Origin: Octopus bimaculoides
Lineage: Eukaryota
Length of the DNA: 64,000 nt
NCBI RefSeq assembly: GCF_001194135.2
Contig: NC_068994.1
Location: forward strand, 41,293,894 to 41,357,893
Direction of reading: 5' to 3'
Shown here piece after piece: positions 1-14,547 of the stretch (its first letter is position 1; each line of letters begins with the position of its first letter). Under the pieces are notes generated by a model. The model worked only from the letters and a program-made list of their open reading frames with translations, was not told the DNA's origin and did not search any database. Position numbers and translations under genes: made by a program.

Positions 1-270
1 TACTGCTACCCAATTAAATTTCATCGTTGAAAAGCGTGTCAATATATGTGATTGTGGTAGTTTAAGATAAAGGTAGTGGCTTCTAACATTCCACACCAAC
101 AAGGAAATGATACTGCCAAGAGATTATTTCCAGTGAGATAATGATGCACTTTTAATCTTAACTGTTTAATCAAGAGTGAAGAGAATTAATCCAATCAAAT
201 ACTTTAATGCTACAACTGATTCCAAATTCTTCGAGGGCTTTCTTGTTAACTGTGACAATGTTTACCATGT
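1..270 (-). mobile_element. Possible decayed non-LTR RT fragment
   Basis: LEEFGISCSIKVFDWINS, LGSIISLLVWNV and TLFNDEI appear in the order expected for RT motifs (L..GI.G....WI, QGS.ISP.L.N, LFADD). Confidence 0.4.
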
Positions 271-436
271 CATTTCATATCATATTAAACAGTTATTCTT
301 GTATTAAATAAGTTTAATGGTAAATGAGAATTGTTCACAAGATATTGTAGAACCTAAAGCAAAGCAACAGAGCTTCTCTCTCTTTATCTCTCCCTGACTA
401 TCTCTCTCTATTTATCTATCAATCTGTGTCTCCCTG

Positions 437-439
<3 letters not shown>

Positions 440-515
<76 letters not shown>

Positions 516-557
516 GTCTATATCTGTCTCTGTTTCTTTATCTCTATCTGTCTGTCA

Positions 558-596
<39 letters not shown>

Positions 597-629
597 AGTA
601 TGTCTGTCTGCCTGCCTGCCACCACCTCC

Positions 630-675
<46 letters not shown>
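440..675. repeat. Compound microsatellite (CT)n / (CTGT)n / (CT)n
   Basis: Direct inspection. Confidence 0.95.
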
Positions 676-676
<1 letters not shown>

Positions 677-1174
677 AAAAGAGCAATCACTGAATGGTAA
701 CCATTTTTCTGTGAAGCAACTTCAATGAATTATTAATCAACTACAAGAGATTTTTTGAAGATTATACACAAAAAAAAAGTGAAAAAAAAAAAGGAAGAAA
801 AAGGAATAACTGTTTTAAGATTCCTAGGCTATTTCCCTTGCATGTTGTGACAAGTGTCACTTTAGAAATAATTTAAAACATTTGGCTCATTTTCACAGCA
901 AAGGAATGAGATGCAAAGTTAACTCTGGCAAAATCACAACTAGAAATCAAAAGAGTCAAAAGAAAATTAATCCCTGTTGTCTCTTAATACTTGATATAAT
1001 CAGCATATCTTGCTTTATCCTTAATTACATAAACATAAACAATGGTACGTTATCACAGATTACCATGAATATCTCAACAAAACCAAGCAAATATGTTGTC
1101 AATCATAATACATACACACATTACATATCCCAGGGAGAACCTAAATGTAAACTGAAAGTCAAGTATTTTTCTGC

Positions 1175-1850
1175 AGTCTGTGGAAGAATTAGTGTGAGAC
1201 AAAATGCCTTGTGGTATTTACTTTATATCCTAATTTTCTGAGTTCAAATCCCACAAGGATCGACATTGTTTTTCATCCTCCTGGGTTTGATAGAATAAAA
1301 TATCAGTCACATGCTAGAGTCAATATCATTGAATATCTCTTTCCTCCAAACTTGTCGCCTTGGGCCTATTCTAAAACTCAATATTATGATTAGTCTTATT
1401 TACTGCCTCTTCCATTTACTCTCTCACATTCATTCTCTCTTTCTCAGCTACCCTCTCTCTCTCAATACACACACACACACACACACACACGTGTGTGTGT
1501 GTGTTATGCCTCTTGTTTCCAAGTGGGGTTGGTTTCAGGAAGGACATCTAACCGTAAAAAACTCTTTCCAAGCATTCTCTTGTCTCCCTGATGATGCAAG
1601 TTTGGGTAAGTAAATGTTAGAACAATGATTATTATCATTGGCACGGAGCTGGCAGAGTAATTAGCATGATAGACTAAAGGCCTAGTGGTATTTTATCCAT
1701 CTTTACATCCTGAGTTCAAATTCTGCCAAGGATGACTTTGCCTTTCCTCCTTTCTGGGTTAATAAAATAAGTACGAGTTGAGTACTGAGGTCAGTGTACT
1801 TAACCTAACTCCTCCTCTGAAATTGCTGGTCTTGTACCAAAATTTGAGAC

Positions 1851-1884
<34 letters not shown>

Positions 1885-2885
1885 GTCTCATTGATCCTGA
1901 AAGGATGAAAGACATAGTGGACCTTGGCAGAATTTGAACTCAGAATGTAAAGACAGATGAAATGTTGGTAGGCATTTTGAATTTGAATTTCTGGTATTGA
2001 TAAAGCATTCACTTCAAGCTTAAAATTCTGCTGGTTCACTGTATCATTAAACGATGAGGATGATGATGATGCAGTGAAACAACAGAACTGTTAGCACACC
2101 ATTCAAATTCTGAGTTCAGATTCTTTACATCCTGTCTTTACATTCTGAGCTCAAATTCTGCCAAGGTCAACTATGCCTTTCATCCTTCAGGATCAATAAG
2201 ACAAGTACCATATGAACACTGGGGTAGTTGTAATCAACGTACTTGATCCCCCTAGATTGCTGGCCTTGTGCTATGATTTAAAACCACTCTTACTATTTCA
2301 TATATATCTGAATCTACATAAGCCTATATTGATTTTGACCGGAATCTTTTAGTGATGATGAAATATGTACCAGTCAAATACTGGGATCCTTTTAATCAGC
2401 TGATTCGTTATATTCTATATATTATCAACCGAATTAAGCTTTTAACCTCGAAACTGTTTAGGTTGTCTCTTGATCAATATCAGAGTATCAATAAGTATAT
2501 ATATCTTTTGAAGTTAGCTTTTAACAATATTGACTTGTATGAAACAGCAGTTACATCTCCAGCAAATTACATTTTACTGTCATGGAAATAGAAGGACGCG
2601 TTTGACTTTAGAAGCCCTAATGCATAAAATGATATGGTCAAGCTTGAAGTGAATGCTTTATCAATACCAGAAATTATTAAGGTGAGGAGCCAGCAGAATT
2701 GTTTGCACGCTGGGCAAAATGCTTTGTGGCATTTTTTCCGTCTTTACTTTCTGAGTTCAAATTTTGCTGAGGCCAACATTGCCTTTCAACTTTTTGTGGG
2801 TGTCAATCAAGTAAGTACCAATTGAACACTGGAATTGCTGTGCTTGATTTATTCTTTCCTCCAAAATCACTGGTCTTGAGTCAAA
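1175..2885. mobile_element. Cluster of family B SINEs (~1175-1375 +, 1641-1850 +, 1884-2040 -, 2085-2285 +, 2685-2885 +)
   Basis: Recurrent core ttctgagttcaaattctgccaaggtcaactttgcctttcatcc...ataagtaccag. Coordinates are approximate. Confidence 0.8.
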
Positions 2886-3029
2886 TTTTAAAATCAATAT
2901 CAGAAATAATTAAAAGGGATTCCCTAATCAAAATAAATGCCATTATCATTAATATTAAAGAATATCGAGGTTAGTGAACTGGTAGAATTGGTAGAGTGTC
3001 ATAGTAAAAATCATGTGACTATTAGTTAT

Positions 3030-3775
3030 GTCTCCTAAAATCCTCAGTTGAAATTATATGAAAATTCTTTCAGGCTGATAAAATGAGTCTCAGTTAAGTG
3101 CTAAGATTGATATAATGAACTCTGTTTTCACACCAAATTTGGCATTACATATATATTTGGAATTAATGTCATAGAATATTTCCATTTCTGGTATTTCAAC
3201 TACTGGTTCTTCCTCTATCTTATCCGTATCATTTGGCTTGTAGCTGTTATATTTATGTTTACGAACAATAATTGGTACTGTATTCTGCATTCAAAAACTA
3301 GATTCTTGCTTCCACGACATTTTTATTTGCAAACAAGGCATTTCTAAAATTCTTTTAGTATCAAGAATTCTTCTGGTAAATTTCAGTTGGTGTGGCATGC
3401 TTCTCTCATAAAGGAGTGCTGTCTTCTATTTTGGCTTAATGGCATAAAACTTTAAATTCTTACAGTTTTACCTTTATATTTCACTGATATCGTGATACTA
3501 CTGGACACTTTGATAAGTTACTTAGTGTGCAGCGGCAATTGAAATTCAGAATTTGTCATATTGTAGAAGGATTTCAGCTTTTTGAATCTGACTCGTGACA
3601 CAAGCAATTGTACAGCTTCAGCATGCAAGTATACTTCTATGCTTTCACTGTCTAACTTAATTTTCTCCAACCAATCATTTGGGATGTGTTTTCTCAATAG
3701 TTGTGTGAAAAAGGTATGTATATTCTCAGTTTTAGCAGCTCTTGAAAGCTGTGGTTACTTTACAAATCAATTTTC
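3030..3775 (-). mobile_element. Degenerate L1/Tx1-like LINE ORF2 C-terminus
   Basis: A long open stretch (KHIPNDWLEKIKL...FKKLKSFYNMTNSEFQLP) is followed, across frameshifts, by LKFTRRILDTKRIL and KCLVCK..KNLVFEC, which fit the zinc-knuckle region CxxC...HLxFxC. Confidence 0.55.
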
Positions 3776-4375
3776 CTGATAAAATGTAACTTTTCCATTA
3801 TGACAAACTAAAACGAAATGTTTCTTCTCCCTATATAAATGTTACATTTACATGCCTGCCTAGCAAAGAAATCTTCCTTCATGTAACTTTTTGTATAGTC
3901 AGACTAATACTAATACCCATATCCATTGTATTGATAAATGTTCTAAGGACAGCTATTCATTTGTGGGCTCATTCTATTGCTATGAATGCCTGTATTATGT
4001 GAATCTTAATACATTTGATGCTTATCAAGTATCTAAGTGAATTCTTATTTTTAAAATTCTGATACCTTCTGTTCAAGCCATAAAGTTTTGCTTAGTATTT
4101 ATTGAAGAATCTAAAATAACTGCATTATTTCACTCCTTGTAGTTGAAGATGTTATAACCTACAAACAACTGAGTCTAAAATACAATCTCTATTTTACAGC
4201 CTTTCAATTTCTATGGTTTGTTTACCAAATTAAGCAACTTTGTTATGTGACTTATGTCAGTTACTGTTGTTATTTAGTCCCAAATCAGTCCTAACTGCAC
4301 AAAAATTTCCTCAAAGAGATATTCCAATTTTTATTTTTTGTTTCTTTTTCACATTTTCTCAGTTTTTTTATCTAG

Positions 4376-4421
4376 AGGAAAGTGCAGCACCCATGGTTCT
4401 GTGCCCATCTCTCCTAGCATG
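4376..4421 (+). CDS. Candidate 46-nt exon (GKCSTHGSVPISPSM or ESAAPMVLCPSLLA)
   Basis: Long pyrimidine tract plus tctag acceptor, donor ATG|gtaaga, and locally higher GC. Confidence 0.3.
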
Positions 4422-4765
4422 GTAAGACTGATTCCCTTAATGTTCCTTTTGAACCTCTGTAAGTCAAGAAAGACATGAACAAAGTGAAAATTCCAGAAGC
4501 TTGAAATTCTGGGAAGTTAAGAACCTGGCATTGTACTCCCCCACCTCTAGCAAGGCATTAATTGCCTCAGAGCTATTGTAGAATAGAACATACTCCTTGC
4601 ATAAAGGATTCATGACAATGATTATAACTGGGTGTAGTGAATGTGATTTTTGGTGGTAGATTTGTACACAAATCTTTAAAAATATTCCTCTGATTTTTTA
4701 AAGTTTTAGTATCTCTTTTATATTACTCTTTATATCATAAAAATGAATACATTCCACTGTTCTGA

Positions 4766-4985
4766 CTTTTTAACATTCAGATTACTCTGTCAAATATAAT
4801 GCTTATTTATTCACATTGTTTTTAGTTAATCATTCATTATCTCATAGCTTTGAGATTTTGATAATATCATTGTTTATATTTAGAATGACATTATAGGACA
4901 AGTGTGAAAGGCTGAATTTGGCCAAGTTGAACATAAAGCAGGCAGACTATTTAGGCTGGATATGGCAAATTTAAATGCTAAAAGA
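4766..4985. mobile_element. TTAA-type MITE, older copy
   Basis: Shared body with decayed ends. Confidence 0.65.
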
Positions 4986-5856
4986 TTAATATGAAAGCAT
5001 AGTAAGTTAGGAACATCAGACTTTTAATTACACTTGTAGTAGATATGAATTCACAAACCAGTATCTGTTTCCCTTATATTTTGTGTGATCAGTATCAAAT
5101 CTCATTGACTATTTCACTTCCACTGTATATCGTACAATGTCAAATTTGTGACACATTCTCAATATTTGATTTCATAGATGGCTATGTCAATGCTGTTCGT
5201 CTGCCAGTCTTTGCTAAGCTGCCAAAAATTCCAGTCCAGCAATTTATCTAATTCTTAGTGCAACATTAATAATAACTACTATATATCATTAAAATTAATG
5301 AATGCCTTTGGTACATTCAGGAAGATAAAAAGAGAATTAAAAGTGGATTTATCAGAAAACATTTTTAAGATGTTCAGAGACATGGAATCTGGAAAGTTCT
5401 ATTGTAGACTTATTGGTTAATCTTTTACTCTTTCAAGATAGGCTTAATTAATAAAAAATATCTTGGTCAACTATATCAAATATGTTTGTAGGCACTTTTC
5501 TATCTATGTTTCATGCAGTAGGGATCCTGGAGTATTTTACCCAGTTATTCTTTTAAATTATCCTACCTCTCAGTGTTAATTCATATAAAATCTATATCTT
5601 TCTTTTCATCATTCTAAGATCATCATGCCATAACAGAAAACCCTGTTTTGCTAATGAGATCTAACAAGTCTGAAACATGTCTGGAGTTGCCATGATATTT
5701 GCAGAGATTGAATTTATGTATTCTATAATTAATTTTAATTAGTTTAAACTCATGACTTTCTTGACTTAAATTAGTTATCAGGTTAACAGCCTTTCTTTTC
5801 TCATCACTAAAGATGTGATTCTAAGGTGACTTGAAACCATTCAACTACAAGGGAAT

Positions 5857-5895
5857 GTAGTAGTAGTAGTAGCAGTAGTAGCAGTAGCAGCAGCT

Positions 5896-5933
<38 letters not shown>
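5857..5933. repeat. (AGT)n/(AGC)n microsatellite
   Basis: Direct inspection. Confidence 0.95.
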
Positions 5934-8929
5934 TTAGGTTTGCAGTGATAAATTTTTGATCTGGTAAGTTAAAAACTAACTGAAATTAGTTGATATGATG
6001 CCCATCTAGTAATTTTCATGTGGAAAAAGGGACATACGATGACGATGAGGGAGGATAAAGAGGAGGTGGAAGTGGAAGGTGGGGGAGGAGATGGAAGAAG
6101 AGGGGGAGGAAGCAGAAGAAGAAGTGGAGGAGGGGATTGGTGTTTGGTGGTGCTTGGAGATGATGATGGTGATGATGATGATGATGACCACAACGACGAT
6201 GACAATGAGGATTATGATAGTAATGACAACGATGGTGAGAAAGAGGACAGAAAGTAACAGAAACAATAAACCATCAACCTTGGTCTCTTCATATTTTATT
6301 ATAGCTCCAAATTCATGTTTAGATCAAATATATATTAGTTTCATCCAGAGAGGACAAACTAAGTACCAGTAATGTATTATGACAGATCCAATCAGCTACA
6401 TACCACATCTTGCAATTTGTAGCCAGCCTTGTGAGAAATCAATAAGCAAACATTTGACAACTACTTTTATCAGTTTGTCATTCCAATTTACAAAATGTGT
6501 CCATTTAGAGTAATTCTTCAGAAAGGCTGTAGTCAAGGCCTTTAAAGCAACTTCTAAATATTATTATAGTTGTTTTCTATAACAACATGACATCAACGAA
6601 ACACATTCATAGAGAAGAAACCCTACGAAGTAATATAGCATGCAGGAAGGAAAGATTGCTATAGGCTGGGTTTTGCTATTTGATTTCCCCTAAAGCAGAG
6701 AGAGTTGAAGAAATTTCCCTTTATGTTCATTTAATGTTGAATTGACAAAGAAATATCCGTGTCTGCCATGCTTTGAAACTAGAGAGCAAGAAAGAGAGAG
6801 GGAGAGAGAGAAAGGAGAGAGAGAGAGAGAAGAATACATTAAAAGAAAATCTTTATTTTTAAAACACTAACTGTTTGCAATTGAATTGTAATGTTGTATT
6901 AGTGATCGTGAGAGAGAAGCAGAATCACAAATACACAGAAACATTATTATTAAAAAATAAAATGAAATAAAAATAAAATTGTATGTTTAAGCTTTACAAC
7001 CAAAGAGATAAAAGAATAACTATCATTCTTCTCAATGCGGAGCGCTTGAAAAAAAAAATTTTTTTAAATAAAACATTAGAAAAATTAAAAATGAAGAAAT
7101 GAAGCAGTACTGTGCATACAATTAAAAATTCAATTAATTTAAAATGGCTACCTAGAACAAGGAGAAGCACTTGAAATTGTATAAAGACAGTGTTATCAAA
7201 CAGAAACAGTGATGCCACTGGAATGGTGGGTAAATACTTGGAAAAATAGCAGAAAAACAAACAAAATATGATTTGTAAAAAAAAAAAAAAATCTTTAAAA
7301 ACAAATAAATCAGGTTTTAATATTTTTGTCAATTGCTATGAAATTACATTTTGTCTTTTATTCTGATCTCTCATTAAGAATTAGTCATATGTGGAAATTA
7401 TATTGGAATTTTTGCTAAAGATCTTGCAGGTCATCACATTTTTGTAATAATGCAAAAAAAAAAAAAAAAGAATTGTCCATGGTTGTGCTTTATTTGCTTC
7501 ATAACCTCGAGAAATTATAATAATTTCGATTGTAACATTTACTGATAGTTCAGTTGATTATTGGCTATATGGAAATGAGATTTGGTACCAAATCCATGAC
7601 TGTAACCAATGAAGGTTGAAAGAAATGTGACTGTGTACGGAATCTGAAACAAAGGTATAAAAGAGAAAGAAAAGAGAACAAAAACAATTTGTAAGAAAAT
7701 CTCATTTAATTAAATTATTCTTCAATTACATTATCAAAATTAATTTCTTTCTCTAAATAGTTAGGTCAGAAACAATTAATTAGCCAACATCAATGTAATC
7801 CAGGAGAGTAAATTAAATTAAATCGTTATTACAGGGCCATATATTGTAAGTATTTTGATTGTCATTAAAAAGCAAGCGTGTCTTAAATAATATATTTACT
7901 ATATAAAGCCCATTGTCATCACTCATAAGAGAGAATGACCTTGTGACATGTACCGTGCCATTGTTGCTTGTCTCAGAGATCTATGTAGTTTCAAACAAAC
8001 ATAGACACCCTCTTGACACTTCTAACTCTTGACTCAACTGGACATTGAGCTTGTGACAACAGGTAGGACGGGGTTGGGTGTAGGGTTGCCCCTGCACTAT
8101 ATTTGTACACATTTTCAAATAAGTAGACTAGAACACTGGGATATGAAATGCCTTACTAAAGAATGCAATGCAGTGTTTGATACAGGAATCAAACCCATAA
8201 TATTATGATCGTAAACTCAACATTAGGAGGCTATACATTAGAATATACCTAGGGATGTGATCTGCACAAAAAGCAAATAGTAAGGTCAGTATTAACATAC
8301 TTAAAGTGGTGAGCCATGAAATTTTCTTTAATAAAAATTAATTCTATTTTTAATTAATTTCAAGGTGGTGGGCTGGTTAGTACAGTGGAAAAGACAAAGA
8401 AAAAAAATGCTTAGCAGCATTTGTTCCAGCTTTTCTGAGTTCAAATAACCCCAAGGTCATCTTTCATCCTTTTGAAATCAATAAAATAAAGTACTAGTTA
8501 AGTACTGAGGTTGATGTGATCATAGTTGCAAGTATGACTGTGTGGTTAAGAAGCTTACTTTGCAACCATGTAGTCTCAGATTCAGTTCTACTATACAGTA
8601 TTTGGGCAAGTGTCTTCTTCTATAGCTCCAAGGTTACCAATACTTTCTTAAAGAATTTAGTAAATGGAGACTGTGTGGAAGAAACTCATATGTATGTGCA
8701 TGTGTATGTGTGTCTTTGTTTGTCACCCACTACTGTTTGACAAACTGTGTTAGTTTATATCATCATAACTTAGCAGTTTGGCAAATGAGGTTAATAGAAT
8801 AAATACCAGACTTAAAAAAACATAAGTACTGGGGTAGTTTTGTTGAACCAAACCTTCATGGCAAAAGAGTAAGTAATAAAAAGTTCAAAGTTTTTTAACA
8901 GCACTGTTGAGGTCCAGAGTGAATCACAG

Positions 8930-9215
8930 AAGGTCCTCAACTCACAAAGATTTGAATGACACAAAGATATACCCTCCAAGGTACAAGCCCAGTCAAGGCT
9001 GTTTATGAAAGAGCAGCAGTCGCCCATGCATACCAGCCTACCCTCTCCATGCCACCGATGTTAGCCAAGGGAAATGCAAAGATCAATATTGCTTGGCACC
9101 AGTGACATTGCAACTCATTTCTACAACTGAGTGAACTGGAGCAACATGAAATAAAGTGTCTTGCTCAAGAACCACAACACACAGCTTGGACCATGAGATT
9201 GAACCCAAAACCTCA
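8930..9215 (-). mobile_element. SINE family A
   Basis: Reverse complement of the family A body (gagcaagacactttatttcatgttgctccagttcactcag). Coordinates are approximate. Confidence 0.8.
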
Positions 9216-9685
9216 AGCTTTATGAAGCAAACTTCTTAACCATACAGCCAAGATTACACATTTTTAATGCTGCTAACTGACACTCCCCTTTCTAATATAA
9301 TATTAGCAAACACAGAAAGAATTGTTGAAATTCATTATTGAGTTTAATTCAAGAAATATCACAGGAGCTTCCTTGCTTTTAATTCTCATATTCATCCACT
9401 TTTAGTTGGCAGCAAATTGTCTGCAACAACCTGACTACCATAAGGGTTCCTTCTTGTATAATGAGATTTTCACCGGAAATAGCATAAATACTTGAGTCAT
9501 TTGCAACACATAGATATGTATGCATGTTTGTATGTATGTATCTATGTATGCATGTATGTATATGTGTATGTATGTGTGTGTGTACATGCGTATTTATATG
9601 TATATGTGTGTGTGTGCATACATATACAAATATGTATATATAACATATACACATGCGCACACATTCAAATATATATGTATGTGTA

Positions 9686-9742
<57 letters not shown>

Positions 9743-10364
9743 ACTTATATATACAGAAAGAGAGACAGCTAGATAATAGATAGATAGATAAAGAGAGAGA
9801 GATAAATAGACAGACAGAGGTATTGTTATAGATATACATATATATATTTATATAGGAAATGAACTTAGGTCTGCTGCATCATTTATCTTTTATTGCCTTA
9901 CACTATTTTTCTCATTTTCACATTCTTTGTCTTTAGCATAAATATATACTCATACTCCGCTACACATTTTATCATAGCCATCTCTTTTACTTTCTCTGTT
10001 TCTTTCCTTCTTTCATTCTTTCTTTCTTTCCTTCTTTCTTTCTTTCTTTCTCAAGTCTTTCTCTCTGCCTGTATACCTTTTACACCATTTTATCACACCT
10101 CCCACCATTACTTTCTCTGTAAATGTCAAGATGTCATATCTGGATGACTTGCACACACAACCAGTTTATTGATAGTAGTTTGGGAATGAATTACTTCAGT
10201 ACATCAACCATTACTAAGATAAATGTTTTCCTGTTGATCTAAACTTTGATTAATATTCACAAGTAATTTTTGACATGAACTGCAAATTATGATAGATGCA
10301 GTTGGTTGAACAGATATGTTGCTGGCCAGGTCTACAGACCAAAGAATCAGTAGCTTGTAGTCTA

Positions 10365-10560
10365 TGAGGGGGTGCTGAAAAGTTCCTGGCTTTGAGTAAA
10401 AGAAAATACAAGAGGATCAGTTAATTATGATTTTATTTAACATATTCCCCTCTCAGATTCACACACTTATTGCAGAGGTCCTTCAGTTTTTCTGAGCTCT
10501 GGAAAAGAACTTGGAAGGTTGAGCCTCCCTTAAAGCCAGGATCTTTTCAGCACCCCCTTA
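10365..10560 (+). mobile_element. Mariner-type MITE, copy 1
   Basis: TIR TGAGGGGGTGCTGAAAAGTTCCTGGCT with TA on both sides. Confidence 0.85.
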
Positions 10561-11489
10561 TATCAAGCACTGCTGTAGCACAGAGTTACTTGGTTCTTTT
10601 AAAGACGCCTAAACCTCTAAACTCTGCCAAAAGCTCATAACATTCTAGATTAGGTATAGGCAACCTTTTCTGTGGAGGCCACAAGAGAAATGATTCACCA
10701 TCAGGCAGGCCATATTACTAAAGAAACTGGAAGTAATTTTTTGTTAGCCATGTCATTCAGAAAGTTCCATGGACCATAGTTTTTCCTAAGATTCCTCTAA
10801 ACACTGTTCTACAGAGATACTGTTTCCTTTGTACTGTCTTTTATTCCACCGCTATGGTGGCTTCTGTTCTTTGGAGTTTGTTAATCTTACTCCACCTCCA
10901 CCATCTCAAATATTCAAGCCCACCTGATTCATTAATTTCTCTTTCAATATTCACATATTTTATATTCTGAGTTCCACTTAACCCCATGTACATTCTTCAC
11001 TTTCTCCCCATAAGGAAGATTTTCAGGAAACCCTTCCCTCTAGTCAGCTTGTATTTGTTCAAAAAGATCATCAACTGCATTGGTTAAACCAGTTTTAGAG
11101 GGGTTGCAAAGTCCATATGCACAGTCCCTCCTCTCTTTCACTTTCTCTCTCTCTCTCTCTCTCCCTCTCCACCAAACTATAAGAATGACGATGACGACGA
11201 CAACAACGACGATGATGATGATGAATAAAGAAATGAAAAAGAGCTTTAATGCAAGAGTGTCTCCAAACACTTAGAACTGATGCTGCAGTGAAAAACTGAA
11301 TAGAAAAAGTAAGATTCAAGCAATCAATACATGAGTGATTGCATTATTGAGGTATGATGTAGGTAGTATCAGTTGGTGGTGAAAGAGAAGTTACAGAGGC
11401 TAGACCAAAAATTGAGAAAACTACTCACAATGCTAGTAATTCACAAATATATTTATTCTCATGTATTTTGTAGACTAAGGATAAATATA

Positions 11490-11706
11490 CGAGGGGTTGC
11501 TGAAAAGTTCCTGGTTTTTACGGGTATTGCAAAAGACCTGTTTGGAGGCCCAAACTTCTGAGTTCTTAGAGGGCTTAAAATAAATTTCAGAACTGCTGCA
11601 ATGAGTGTGTGAACGTGAGAGGAGAATATGCTGAATAAAATCATAATTAACTGATCCTCCTGTATTTTCTTTTACCCAAAGCCAGGAACTTTTTGGGAAC
11701 CCCTCA
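11490..11706 (-). mobile_element. Mariner-type MITE, copy 2, inverted relative to copy 1
   Basis: TIR CGAGGGGTTGCTGAAAAGTTCCTGG with TA on both sides. The internal sequence is the reverse complement of copy 1 (e.g. ggatcagttaattatgatttta). Confidence 0.85.
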
Positions 11707-12993
11707 TATATGTGAGGTACTAGCATCAGATTTTGAAGGAATGAACAAAATGATTGGAGAATGCTTTCAGGTTTATACAAAACACTTTGACCAAGTGTTC
11801 TTTTTCTTCCTTTTTCCTTGTTTTAAACCATTACAAATGAGGGGAACTTGATGATGCTTTTTTCTGTCTTGAAAGGACTGCAGAGCAATCCCATTGAAAT
11901 TTTGAATTCTTGCCTTTCTGTGTATTTTTTTCATTTTTTAAAATTATTATTTGAACCCAAAGAGGGATGAACTGTTGAAATATTGTTCAGTTCAATAAGC
12001 AAAGTCAATCAGTTTTATCATATATTACATCATACTCTTCTTATTGTGTAATATGAATAAGAATTTTCCACTCATTTACAGATCTATCGTCATCATTCTC
12101 CTCCTCCTCTTCCTCATCACCCATCATCATCATCACCACCACCACCACCACCACCATACTTATCTTATCGACCTCAAAAAAATGAAGATGAATGAGATGC
12201 TACTAAGCAATTTACCTGGCATGCTAACAATCCTACCAGCTCGCTACCTTGAGGCAATACATTATATTGTTAGAGGTTCAAGTCAAGTCGTTGGTAACTT
12301 GAAAGATAGATTTAGAACTCAGCATACTTGTGATGTTGACAATATAAATAAATATGTAAACAATGTTTAATCTCCATAGTTTTCTGCTACACTAACTGCC
12401 AATGTACCTATTTATCCATAATTACCATGACTTCTGTATAGCATCTTAAGTTAATGGAGGTTACTAAAAGTGTAGAAGTGAAAGAGTTAACAAAGGAAAT
12501 ATACATATGTCTGTGAATGTATGTATACACACATACAAATACACACACACACATAAATATATATATATTAAAACATCAAAAGGTGTGTTCTTACAATATG
12601 TCTGTGAAGCATTGTATTTTGCTTATATTAGGAGGAAACAAGAAGTATAAATGAATAAAAAAAAAAAAAATATTATGAAATTGCAGACATTTTAGTTTTG
12701 TCTTTAGTTATACTTCTTGTTTCCTCCCAAAATATGCAAATGTATAATGTAAGAGTGTATCATTCAATGCAAGTCTGATGAAGTGCCAAGCAAGTATTTA
12801 AAATTGCAAATATTATGCAACTTTCCATGCTGATCTTTTGTGTGCCATGATTATAAAAGCTGAGTGATACAGAAACGATTGTAACTAGTCATTAAAGATG
12901 TGTTAAACTCTTTTTATTTGGGTTATATCTATATTTATCTATCTATTATTTATACATACGCACACGCATGTATATGTGTGTCTATATCTATAG

Positions 12994-13026
<33 letters not shown>

Positions 13027-13572
13027 CATATATATACACATACATACATACATATACACATGTACATTCTTCACTTTTCAAACACATACACACATCATAC
13101 ACATATATTTGTAAAATTGAAGAACGACTTTTCTGATAATTATTTTCTACTTTAATGAAAGTCTAATTATCTAAAGTAGCAAGCAGTCATTTTCCTTCAC
13201 TTTTTCAAATATGCCCTACTGTACCAAGGTTTTTTCTATTTCTATGACACACACACACACACACACATATGCTTATATACAAATATGTGCATGTGTGTCC
13301 CTAAGAAATTGTAAACAATAGATATGTATATGCACAGAGTTTCTCACAGTTTACTCAAAAGGTATTGGTTGTCTCAAGACTTTATTTACAACACTCACTT
13401 GCCCTTGGTGTTATGTAGTGGTGAAACAAACTTCATATCAGCACCAGCATGACACACGAATTTGATCTAAAAGTTGCAGCTGTTAAAATTTAGATCATAC
13501 TATAAATGTCATTGTTAACAAAGTTACAGTATGAAACATTTAAAAGCCAACTGAGTATAAAAACGTAGCTAG

Positions 13573-13606
<34 letters not shown>

Positions 13607-14547
13607 AAAGAAACAAATGAAATAAGTGTTAACAGCCAATGTCAAATGTTTCTTATTCATTTATATCACAAATATTTTATTATGAAACTAAAATGTTAAA
13701 TTTTCTAATGTATTCTTGGCTTTCTTTTGTCTTTTAATATATATGTATCTGGAATTTTTACATTTGTTGAAGCTTACTTATGTGTTTATAAATCACTTGA
13801 ATTAGCTCACAATATATAATTGGCACTTACTTTATTAACTCTGATGAGACAAAATGCAAAATTTGCCTCTGAAAGATTTTGATTCAAAATCTAAAAGAGC
13901 TAATTAAATACAGCATTGTATTTCAATCAACATTATCAACACAGCCATTCATAATCCTTATGTTTGTATATATTCAAAAAGTTTACATAAATGTGTAAAT
14001 GTATATTCATGTTTTATAGACAATAATTTTCAAACATTTTAAATTAATTTTAAAAGAATTTAAATGGATTGAATGTCATAGAAAAATGGCTTCAATTTAG
14101 AGGAACAAGCCAAAAGAGTTGGAGAGAGATTTTAGGCATTACAAAATAACAATCTAGTGTATTAGTTTAAAAGAATGATAAATGTGGCAGCGTAAGAATT
14201 CTTCATAATATATTCCAGACAAAAGTCAATATATTTAGCCATTACTGAGATGAAAAGTCACACCTTATCGCATCTTTACAAAGAGATAAAGTGTATAGTT
14301 TGAAGATTTCTGAAAATATTTGCCTTCACTTCCTAACAAATGATTTTTATGAGCTTGACTTAAATGAAAAACCAATAAATTATGTCTAACAGAAACAAAG
14401 TTAAGTTCCTAATGATGAAAAGGGATGAGTAAATTTTCATTCCTACTATAGGCAAAGGCCTAAAATTTTGAGGGGAGGGGGCTAGTCGATTACATCGACC
14501 CCAGTACTCAACTGGTACTTATTTTATTGACTTTGGAAGGATGAAAC

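Noticed and set aside
6590-6630. HQR...EKKPY resembling a C2H2 zinc-finger linker
   Set aside because: It is a single imperfect match with no Cys/His scaffold around it.
6994-7332. Hydrophobic 112-aa ORF (membrane protein?)
   Set aside because: The F/L/I richness is explained by A-rich sequence on the opposite strand, and there are no family motifs.
13575-13605. Poly-A as tail of a processed pseudogene
   Set aside because: There is no upstream ORF, recognisable SINE body or TSD.
13835-13880. CTGATGAG...GAAAG
   Set aside because: Stem II does not close in register, and there is no NUH or stem I.
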